From assembly GCA_951406725.2 (NCBI GenBank), contig OX597815.1:73594001-73658000 (forward strand): 64,000 nucleotides of DNA, in the 5' to 3' direction. Shown here in pieces: positions 53,798 to 64,000 of this stretch. Each line of letters starts with the position of its first letter. Position 1 is the stretch's first letter. A program made the translations under genes and the position numbers. This stretch comes from Octopus vulgaris (lineage: Eukaryota). The notes beneath the pieces were generated by a model. That model worked only from the letters and a program-made list of their open reading frames with translations, ran no database searches and was not told the DNA's origin.

Positions 53798-55278
53798 CTG
53801 AAAACTCAGTAAGAATTTTGACATCAATAGCTGATTTGGGGTTTGTTTCTTTTTGTTTTCTGCACTAGCATATTCTGCTTTGTATTTCAAATCTTTCTTA
53901 CTTTCTCTCTATATCTCTATCTTATTACCTTTTCTTTCCCTCTTTCAAGCATTCCATATTTTTTCTTTCCTTATTTTTTCTCTATGTTTCTGTCTGTCTG
54001 TCTCTGTCTCTCTTTCTTTTCTCACTCTCTCTTTACTTTTTTGGCTATTATTTTCTTCTCACTTTCTACCTTTCTTTTAGTTCTTTCAGTCTTTCTTTCA
54101 AGCTCTTTCTCTATCCATCTCTATTTCTCTTTTACAACTTGTCCTTATTTTTTTCTTTTTCTTTACTCCCTTTGAAGCTTTCCACCTGTTTTTTCTTTCT
54201 TTTTTCCCCCTCATTTTCCTGTTTAATTCTTCCTTCAAAGCTGTTTCCCTCTCTTTCTTCCTCTTTTCAAGCTTGCCTTCTTTCACTCTTTCCGTCTTAC
54301 CATCTCTAACTTCTGTCTTACTCTTATCAAAAATGTCTCTCTTCTCCAAACTTTCTTTCGATTTTTCATTTCTCTTCTTTTTATTTATTACTTCATCATC
54401 ATCATTATTTTTTTTTTCATAATCACCCTGACAACCTTCTCCCTCCCTCTCCCCACTCCCTACCATCAATCACCACCGCATGCACCCGATTCAAACATTC
54501 ACAAAGTTTACAATTTGGGTGTTCTTGTCATATTTTTTTCCCCTTTCTCCCTCTCGTTTCATTATATCATCATGTACATACGTAATATATTATTTGTCCT
54601 TTTTCTTCCCTTCCGTATACATACATACATATATACATATATATATATATACATATTATATATATATATATGTTCTTTTTGCTCTTCTGCCTGAATCGAG
54701 TAAAGCTTGTTTCTACCTCACCCTAACGTCTTTCATATACATTTACAAACATTAACTGCTAATCTATATAGATATTTTCAGGGGTTTTTTCTTTTGTCTT
54801 CCTTCTCTTTCTCTTTTCTCATTTTCCCCCTTTTTTCATCTCTTGTTTTTGTTATTGTTGTTTTAAAAATATTTCATTTATACATATATATATATATATA
54901 TATACAAATATATATATATATATATGTATGCATACATACACACACATATATATATGTATTTCCTTCTACTCGGTAAAAGTGATGTCTAACATCAATAGTG
55001 GTTGAATAGATGGGTGGGTGAGCCACAGAGATTGTGGGGTAGGAGCCAGTTTAAGCTTGAAAGGAACATGAGTGGGGGAGGTTACGGTAGGTTCTAGAAA
55101 AATCTGTTGTGAATAGATCTTTTTATTGTTTATGTGTTTGTTTGTTTTTTCACTGTTTTACTTCTTCACATTATTTCTTTTTTTCTTTTCCATCTCGTTG
55201 TTTCCTTTCATTTTCATTTATTTATATTTTCCACATATACATACATTATATATATATATATAGATAGACACACATGTG

Positions 55279-55317
<39 letters not shown>

Positions 55318-55391
55318 GTATGTATATATATATCCTCTTTCTCTCTTCTCTCTTGCTTTGAATATAAGAGATTCAAAAAGAAATGGATTAC

Positions 55392-55558
55392 AGAAGTTCT
55401 TTGATGGCTAAATTGGTGGTTTGCTGAAACCCTCATTGATGTTGGCAATGATGGGAGAGGCCTGAGCATTAAAAGTGAGCTGGATGTTAAATCAAGTGAA
55501 CACATTGGAAATTGCTGGTTTGAAGTTTGTTTTGAAGAATTACTCCAATTATGATATT
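55392..55558 (-). CDS. Candidate internal exon (YHNWSNSSKQTSNQQFPMCSLDLTSSSLLMLRPLPSLPTSMRVSANHQFSHQRTS)
   Basis: Island of complex sequence among microsatellites; one open frame; AG acceptor after a pyrimidine tract; donor GTAATC. Confidence 0.4.
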
Positions 55559-56257
55559 CTTTTATATTAAAGAAGAAGAAGAAAAGGAGGAGGAGGAGGG
55601 GGAGGGAGAAGGCAGAGGAAGAAATATATAGAAGTATACCTCTTTCTTTCTTGTTTTGGTATGAGGCGGGAGGGGGGGGGTAAATTTTGCCGTCATATTG
55701 CCAGTTGCAGATCTCTCTGTCTCTTTCTATGTCTCTCTCTCTATTTATCTATCTATCTGTCTGTCACTCTCTCTCTCTCTCTTTCCCTCTTTCTCTTTGT
55801 GTGTCTCTTTTTCTTTCTCTCTCTCTCTCTCTCATTCTCTCTGCAAAGGAAACGACAATCGCTGTTCATCATTGATGAATACACGTTGCAATAAGTTGCA
55901 TAAAACTAAACAATCTATAGGTCTTGTTGTGTGCATGTCTGCGTATGTATCTGTGAATGTGTGTGTGTGTGTGTGTGCACGCGTGTGTGTGTGCACACGC
56001 GTGTGTTTGTGTATGTGTGTGTATGAATGCATACGTATGTATATGTTGATCTTTTTGTGTGTGTGTTAAGCATGTCTCTGTTTCGTGAAGTATTTATAAT
56101 TTATGTTTGTTTGCATCTACATATTGGAATGTATTTGTGTACGCACAGACTTACACACATATAATGCACACACACTCATATATATATATATATATATATA
56201 TTGATATAGATATAGATATATATGAACATATATAAAATAAATCTACATAAGATAAAA

Positions 56258-56292
<35 letters not shown>

Positions 56293-57191
56293 TGTATATA
56301 CACACATCTCGCATACATATATATTATTGCTTTACATATGTTTAATATAAGTATAAATGTTGGAATACAAGTGTTTATGTGGTGGGTTTGTGTAAGTGCA
56401 GCAGATAAAGGCATAACATTGATAGATAAATAGATAAAGTTTATATGTATCTTGCTATTTATATGTATCAATAAATTTATATACATGAATCGTATTTATA
56501 TGTATAACTACATGTCAGTGTGTGCATGTATATGTGAGTGTGTATATGCATGTGTGTGTACGCATGCATTGAGGTATGCATGAATGTATGTATGTGGGCA
56601 TGCATGTAAGCAAGCGTGTTTGTATGTATCCATGCATGCATGTATATGTTTTTATGTATCCATGTATGTATGTATGTATGTATGTATGTATGTATGTGTG
56701 TATACAAACATATATCGGTGTAGAAAATAAACAGACATTTGAATTCTAAAGTTCCACAGGTGAGATCGAAAATGGTAACCTTTGGATTGCTGGTCAAATT
56801 GGGATTATTCTAGTTTGCAGTGATTTCTTCTTCTCTTTTTTTTTTGTTTCGTTTTCTTTTTAAATTCAGTTAATCATTTAAACTACAATCAGTGAACTAT
56901 AAAGACGTCTATAATACAGGGAGGATGTGGAGGTCACAACGCTTTGCTTCTTTGTACGACTACATAAAGGCTGATATACTTTGCATGTAGAGGAAGGGCT
57001 AGTTGTAGTTGGGACAATGGTAGAAGGTTGAAAGAGAGCTGAAAACAATAAAAGAAACTAAAAGTAATAAGTTTAATGAGCTATGTTGTGCTTGACATGC
57101 TGGATATAGCAGCAGATTATTCTATCAAAATATTGAATACTTTTATTACATATATAACACGTATGTATATGATATATGAATAATACAAATC

Positions 57192-57583
57192 TGGCTTCCG
57201 TGCTGGTGGCACGTAAAAAGCACCATTCAAACGTGATCATTACCACCGTTGCCTTACTAGCACTTGTGCCAGGTGGCACATGCAAAACATTCGAGCGGGG
57301 AGGTCGTTGCCAGTGCTGCTGGACTGGCTCCTGTGCCAGTGGCATGTAAAAAACACCACTTGAACGTGGCCATTGCCAGTACTGCCTGACTGGCCCTCGT
57401 GCCAGTGGCATGTAAAAGCACCCACTACACTCTTGGAGTGGTTGGTGTTAGGAAGGGCATCCAGCTGTAGAAACTCTGCCAGATTGGATTGGAGTCTGGT
57501 GCAGCCATCTGGTTCGCCAGTCCTCAGGTAAATTGTTCAACCCATGCTAGCATGAAAAGTAGACATTAAACGATGATGATGAT
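57192..57583 (+). mobile_element. RTE-tail SINE with internal tandem GTGCCAGTGGCATGTAAAA units
   Basis: Same family as 45255-45575 and 46180-46460. Confidence 0.8.
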
Positions 57584-57721
57584 GTTAAAATACAAATCCT
57601 AAACAATAGTCATGATTCTTCCATGATATAAGTTTCACAAAAAGAAAGACAAAGAAAAGAAAAAAAAGCAGAAAAAGCAGAAAGGAAGAGAAAAAAAGAA
57701 AAAGAGAAGAAGGAGAAAAAA

Positions 57722-57960
57722 ACGTCCCTGTAGCACCAAGTATTTCAATTGGTTGCACACCAGACGGTTCAACGGAACCTACTGAAGCAAGCCAGCATGT
57801 TTACAGCATTACCATGAGCGATGGTGAGGCTGAGACATAGGGAAAGCCAAGTGCCCTCACAAGCATCACCTGACACCTCGGTGAGGCAAGCTGCCAATGA
57901 TGACAAGAACTTCACGGTTAGTAGCCCAGTCCCTCCAAACATCTCAAACACCACAGGTTG
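57722..57960 (-). mobile_element. 3' end of a CRE-like (RLE) non-LTR retrotransposon
   Basis: PVVFEMFGG..KFLSSLA..EVSGD..EGTWL..LSLTIAHGNA resembles the P.A.E..G...LQRLS..QRGNA C-terminus of CRE-type RLE elements. Confidence 0.65.
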
Positions 57961-58387
57961 GGATGTTTATTCAAATTGGTTTGAAACATGCATTATCTCA
58001 CAGTTTCAAGATTTCAAATGATGTATTTGTATATTTTTAGATGGACATTGTATGGTAAGTGTGAGAGACCAAATCTGGTCAGTTTGAACATAGAATGTGT
58101 AGAAAATTTGGACTGGATTTGGCTGCATTTGGCTGGTTTAAATGCTAAAGGGTTAATTCATACATCACAATTTGCAAAAGAAAACAAAAAACAAAGGCAA
58201 GAAGGGGATATTGGATAATATAATCCAAGGTACACTGTGGTTGAACAATGAAAAAACACAAAAGAAAATGATAAGATGGTTAAATTACAAAAACTACAGA
58301 CATAAAAGAGATATGCTGGTTACAGAAAGAGCAATGCTAAAAGATGAAAGAAGTGATGTAGATTTTTATCTTCTGTCTTTTATCTTC

Positions 58388-58740
58388 CGGTGCAGACAAA
58401 GCTGTGCAGTTAAGAAGCTTATTTTGCAACCATGTGGTTTCAGATTCAGTCCCAGTATGCAGCACTTTGGGCAACTGTCTTCTATTCTAGTCTTGGTGCT
58501 GACCAATGCTTTGTGAGTGAATTTGGTAGACAGAAACAGTATGGAAATCCATCATATATATAGAGAGATGCTTATGCAAGGCACAGGTGTAGCTATGTGG
58601 TAAGAAGTTTGCTTCTCAACCACAATCTTCCAGGTTCAATCCCACTGCATGCCACCTTGGGAAAATGTTCTCTACTATAGCTTTGGGCCAACCAAAGCCT
58701 TGTGAGTGGATTGGATAGACAGAAACTGAAAGCAGCCCAT

Positions 58741-58796
<56 letters not shown>

Positions 58797-58837
58797 CTAT
58801 ATGTATGCATTCAATTAAATGTATTGCATATCAATTA

Positions 58838-58907
<70 letters not shown>

Positions 58908-59474
58908 GCATATATTGGTACAGGATGTCACAAACTGTAAACAACATGAAATATGAAAACAAATGAGTTGAATGCACAAACAACGAGAGAAACAAATGGG
59001 AAACAGGACAAGTAACATAAAGAACGACACTTCTTTAGTTGTCGGCTGTCCATCTACTCGTCATTTCAAACACTGAACAACAATATGAGTCTTTGAAGGC
59101 AGCTGCTCCTACAAAAGCCAAAATAAAATTTGGGATTTATGAAGGGTCAAAGTTGGTAACAAAAACAGGACAGTGGAGACATACAAGGAAACTGGACAAA
59201 AACAAACATAGAGGGCCGTTAGAGGGTAAAATAGTGAATACTGAAGAAATATTTTCTTTGCCAAGAGAAAAGATAGGAGAGATAAATAGGATATGTGCAG
59301 TCATTATGACAGCCCTGAAGGAAAAGAAAGATGATCATGTGAGGAAAAGAAAGATGGATGATAGTTATGTGTGAGCAATGAGAGAGAGAGACAGATAGAA
59401 AATGGTGAAGGGGAGAAAAAAGGAATTAGAAAAAGGACAAGAGACGTTTTGTGACGTCCTGTAGCCATATATGC

Positions 59475-59510
<36 letters not shown>

Positions 59511-59574
59511 TATTTATAATATATATATATATTTATATATATATATTATTTATAATATATATATATATATATAT

Positions 59575-59629
<55 letters not shown>

Positions 59630-59845
59630 TAGCTATGTGTGTCTTTGCATCTGTATTTGTCCTCCACCATTGCTTGACAACCAGTGTTTGTTTGTTCATG
59701 TCCACATAACATAGTGATTTGGTAAAAAAAAAAAAGGCTGATAGAATAAGCTCGAAGCTTTAAAATAAAAGTGCTGGGGTCAATTCATTTGACCAAAATT
59801 CTTCAAGTGGTACCTCAATATGAAACAAGTAAAAAAAAGGTAGAA
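58388..59845 (+). mobile_element. Two OR-like SINE heads (58388, 58580); tail displaced to ~59635-59845 by an inserted repeat (~58915-59460) and microsatellites
   Basis: Head, core and tail motifs as in other copies. Confidence 0.65.
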
Positions 59846-60540
59846 AAAAAGATTCATTCATCATCATCATCATCATCATCATCGGCATGCGTTGGTCCAT
59901 TTGAAAGGAGCTGGCAAGCCAGAGGACTGCACCAAGCTCTGTCTGCTTTGGCATGGTTTCTACGGCTGGATGCTCTTCCTTATGCTAATCAGTTTACAGG
60001 GTGTAGTGGGTGCTTTTTACGTGACAGCAGCAAGTTCTCCAAGAAGCTTACAAGGCAAGACCCATGGACAGAGAGAATGAGAGAGAGGGATGTTGTATTG
60101 AGGGAGTTGGCTTTGGGCTAGGTGATGAGAGGCTAGAGTATTGAGGGACAGAAACAGGTGTCTTGCAGTGGAGGAAACACATGACTACCTTAGTTGAAGA
60201 GAGAGAGAGAAAGAAGATGTTGGGGTGTGTCCCTCAAGTTACAGAGAGATGTATATAAGTGAAGTAATAAAGAGGATTGGATAGGGTGAGTGGGTAGGTA
60301 AGTTTGCAAGAAAGCAAAAGGAGAGTGTGAATGTGTGTGTTTGCATTTGTTCCACCACTGCTGCTTGACTAACAGGTGTTGGTTTGTTTATGTCTCCATA
60401 ACTTAGTGGTTCAGCAAGACAGGACCAACAGAATGAGTACCAAACTTAAAAATATAAGCAGTGGGGTGGGTTGATTTATTCAAACTCATCAAGGTTGTGC
60501 CCCAGCATGGCCACAGTTCAATGACTGTAACACATAAGGA

Positions 60541-61018
60541 CTATGAGCTGATTTTTGGTGTATTTACACCTATTTGTCAATAGTGAGAAATTTTCTCCTT
60601 GACGAAACACAGTAAATGACTTTTTTACATGTTTGAATATGCTACAAGCATATTTGAACTGGAAATAACCTTGTATTTATACACATCACTGCTTGGTACT
60701 GCCATCCCATAATTTGTTTGCAGTGAGCCACCGAATGGTATTACCAGTGATTGAATGTTGACAGGAATATCATAAGAGAGACAATCTCTCTTATGATATT
60801 CACGATACACCCAGCCCAGGTTCTGTGACTGAAGAGGAGATAACCACTCTGAAATGCTTGCATCATAGTCAGGGTAGGTGATGCTATGAGCTGATTTTTG
60901 GTGTATTTACACTATTTATCTACCACAAGAAATTTTTTCCATAAAAAAAACACAGCGAATGGCTTTCTCACAGGTTCAAATGTGCCCCAAGCATATTTGA
61001 ACTGACAACAACCTTGTA
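60541..61018 (+). mobile_element. Partial-tandem direct repeat (60541-60674 / 60884-61018) enclosing a hairpin and a hammerhead-like motif; PLE pLTR-like
   Basis: CTATGAGCTGATTTTTGGTGTATTTACAC...CAAGCATATTTGAACTG..AACCTTGTA occurs twice, period 343 bp. Confidence 0.75.
60823..60868 (+). ncRNA. Minimal type I hammerhead motif, degenerate in stem III
   Basis: CUGUGA-CUGAAGA-GGAG(AUAACCA)CUCU-GAA-AUGCUUGC-A-UCAUAG; stems I and II pair, U16.1 is replaced by C. Confidence 0.55.
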
Positions 61019-61728
61019 AAAGATAATAGATAAAAGATTTTTGTATAGTCCAATTGTTTTATTCATGTAGCTGAGATGCTGATGTAATTGACACACTACT
61101 CTATATCAGGCATTAAAAGCTAAACATGGTTAGCTGGGTTGCAAAAATTCATTTTCCTGCTGCAAAGAGATGGAATTTGAACTCAGAACTTCAAATCCTA
61201 ATAGGCTTGTCAGGTTTCTCATCAAAGTATCAGCAATTCATAATACATCACCGACACAGTGGTGTATTTATAACTAATAGGCTTAAATCTCATTGGCTCA
61301 ATCTACCTAACTGATAATAGGTACCACACAGGACTACAAACCAAGTATAAACTTCAAATACCGTAGTATAAACTTCAAATACAACTGTGGGTATAATCTA
61401 GTGAGAGATGAGCTAACTATGGTACTCTATAGGGTTGTTCACCTATAAGAAATAACAGTTAAATTTCTTTACATCACAAGAGTACTAGAGAAGGCACATG
61501 GCCAGGTGGTTACTGGCTATGAGCTCACAATCACAAGGTCATGGGTTTGATTCCTGGATAGGGCAGCTTCTCGTTTCTTTGAGCAAGGCACTTCATTTCA
61601 CATTGCACCTATCTACTCAGATGAAAATGAGTACCTGCTAAGTTCTGATACAGCTCTCTCTTCTCCCAGCTTTCACTTCTCCTCTTCCTTCTCAGCTCCT
61701 GTCATCCCTGTTGCTACCACTGCCAGTC

Positions 61729-61950
61729 TTAACCCTTTTGCATTCAGACAACTCCGTCAAGCTCAGTTATTCACATTGATTTCAATTAGTCATGCATTAT
61801 CTTGTAGCTTTAAAATTTCAATGACATGAGCATATATTTATAGAATAACATTGTAGGATAAGTGCGAGAGGCCAGATATGGCTAGTTTGAATACGAAACA
61901 GGTAGAATATTTTGGCCAGATATATAGTCAGTTTAAATACTTAAAAGTTA
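61729..61950. mobile_element. piggyBac-like MITE
   Basis: TTAA-CCCTTTTGCATTCAGA ... TAAATACTTAAAAG-TTAA. Confidence 0.6.
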
Positions 61951-62508
61951 ATCTTTATTTTCTCATGGTGATGTCTTTAATAAATCTGTAGTAAAAAGAA
62001 ATATCACATTACAGATTTTCTAATTTAGTATCTCTAAGACCTGTCATTGTAAAATCCCAAGTTTTATCTTCATTTTCATCTGAAATAAAAGATACAAGAC
62101 AGATTTCAACCCAGACCTCATCCTTCAGGTGAATGTCCTCACCAGGGAAGATATTTCTCCTTTATATACAAGCAGTTGATTTTGATATTCAGATCTTACC
62201 TTTTTCGCACAGCAAATAGACATCATTTCCTATTCATTTTCCTCTATCCTTTACAGATTTTCTATATTCAATACCTATTTATTTATTCATTATTGTATTC
62301 CTTCATATTTATCATCATATTAATTTTTTTGCTGGCTATGTGATTAACAAGTTTGATTCTGAACTACACAATTTTGGGTTCAGTTCCACTGTGTGGCAAC
62401 TTGGTCAAGTGTCTTCTACTCTAACCTCAGGATAACCAAATCCTAGCAAGTGGATTAGGTAGATAGAAACTGAAAGAAGCCCATCATGTATGTGTATGTA
62501 TGTATGTA

Positions 62509-63172
62509 TACAAGTGGTGTTCATTAAAGATTTCTCTTGACCCACTTCTGGTTATTGCAGGAAACAGAACTTATACAGGTATAATCATACATATCTCTAC
62601 ATGTCACATTGTAAATTTCAGCTTTCCACTAGTATTCATTTGTCTTTTACAGCTGCTGAAGTGGACTAAGGTGTTATAATAGAGGCAGCTGAATGCAGAT
62701 CAGTGATCAAGTTCTAATACTTGAAAGGTCATACACCAAAAGAGAATTTTGATGAGATGAAAGAAGTTTATGATCACAATGCACCATCATACAATATAGT
62801 CAAGCACTGGCTTCGCCAGTTCAAATGTGGTCAGACATTGGTGTAACTGCTCCTATTCCTGGACAAGCACATTCTGCCATTGATGATGACGCCATCCATA
62901 AAGTTGAAGCTGCCATTTTGGAGAATCATCACAACTAGCCCAAGAAGTCAAGATAAGTGTAGGTTCCATGGAAAAAAAATCATTCACAACCATTTGCTCA
63001 TGCTGAAGTTGTCTAAAAGATGGATTCCCTGGATGCTCACACCTTTTCAGAAGCAGGAATGATTCAATTGCTCCTAGGCACATTTGGCAATGTGCCAAGA
63101 AAACGAGGAGGACATTTTTGGCAGACTTATCACACAGAATGAAACATGGGTCCATCACTATGATCCTGAGAT
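62509..63172 (+). mobile_element. Defective mariner transposon, 5' two-thirds
   Basis: RSVIKF..APSYNIVKHWLRQFKCG, KLSKRWIPWMLT (WVPHxL motif), LITQNETWVHHYDPE (TGDETW motif); frameshifts. Confidence 0.85.
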
Positions 63173-63729
63173 GTCCAGTCGAAAGAGGAAATCTATATAG
63201 ATCATTGATAAGGAGTTTGCAAATTCACTATTCAAGATACACTTTTAGCTTCATACTTAATATTACTGGAACAACAGGATACATACTAACCCACCCGGAG
63301 CAAAGTATGGCTGAACTTGGGATCTTAGGGAGAGAATGGAAATCCTTAATTCATACACTACAAATGGTCACAATATCTTGGACTATTAAAGCAGCAAGAC
63401 TTTAAGATTTAAAAGATGATGGTAAGAAGATACTTTCTTTCACAACTTTGCAACCAAGTAGCTGGCTGGTCAAAATTTACTCTAAGATTAAAAAGAGAAG
63501 AACATACATACACACACACACACACATACATGATGGTTGTCCACTCACTGGACAAGCATGACCATTGCTGACAGGTTGACATAACAATGATTGCTCTACA
63601 AACATGATATTGACACTGACTCATGAAGCCAGTGAGAGACTTACAGAGTTTGCCACTGGCTGCAGACTAAATTTGTACTTTTGGCCTGATGGTTAGGCCT
63701 CTCAGATGAACATGGATGCATGCATGCAT

Positions 63730-63890
63730 ACATGACAGGCTTCCAAATCCACTTCCAATCCTCTTGCAAGGCTTTGGTTGACCCAGGGCTATAGTAAAAG
63801 ACACTTACCCAAGGTCCCATGCAGTGAGACTGATCCTGAAACCATGTGGTTGGGAGGCAAAATTCTTAACCACATAGCTACACCTGTACC
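63730..63890 (-). mobile_element. OR-like SINE head
   Basis: Reverse complement of the SINE 5' half. Confidence 0.75.
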
Positions 63891-64000
63891 AAAGCCTTTA
63901 ATCTGCTATTCTTCTATCCTCAACCTGTTCGAGTTGAGGTGACCAGGTCTTCTCAACAAATGCGCACACAAATTCCTAAACTTTAAATCTTTTCTTTAAT

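Noticed and set aside
57821-58021. Plus-strand ORF MVRLRHRESQ...
   Set aside because: Antisense shadow of the CRE-like retrotransposon fragment.
58915-59120. Possible further hammerhead/PLE remnant
   Set aside because: Core boxes are too mutated to support a fold from this copy alone.
62200-62276. Single in-frame TGA in a minus-strand exon-like segment (possible selenocysteine/readthrough)
   Set aside because: Exon status unproven, no SECIS identified, and UTR or alternative-acceptor explanations are simpler.

Overview
AT-rich, repeat-dense eukaryotic DNA, most likely an octopus genome (inferred from the SINE families and the abundant (TA)n/(CA)n/(CAT)n microsatellites). There is no prokaryotic operon or CRISPR content, and almost all ORFs in the track are translations of microsatellites or transposon debris. 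Genes: the first coding exon of a CEP112-like gene (minus strand, 506-605), with candidate 5'UTR exons and an RFX X-box-like site about 14 kb upstream, plus scattered candidate exons of a second, unidentified minus-strand gene ending near 21253. Mobile DNA: R4/Dong, Tx1/L1, RTE and CRE-type LINE fragments; maT and mariner transposons; hAT, pogo-like, Merlin-like and piggyBac-like MITEs; Helitrons; many SINEs. Two signals stand out. (1) Several inverted or tandem repeats carry type I hammerhead-ribozyme motifs of the Penelope-like (PLE) kind, some with a very long stem II. (2) A young 3.3 kb composite element (near-identical ~510-540 bp monomers + GGTATT VNTR + RTE-type 3' tail) sits inside a (TA)n tract and has an SVA-like layout. 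All calls were made by eye; repeat boundaries are approximate.
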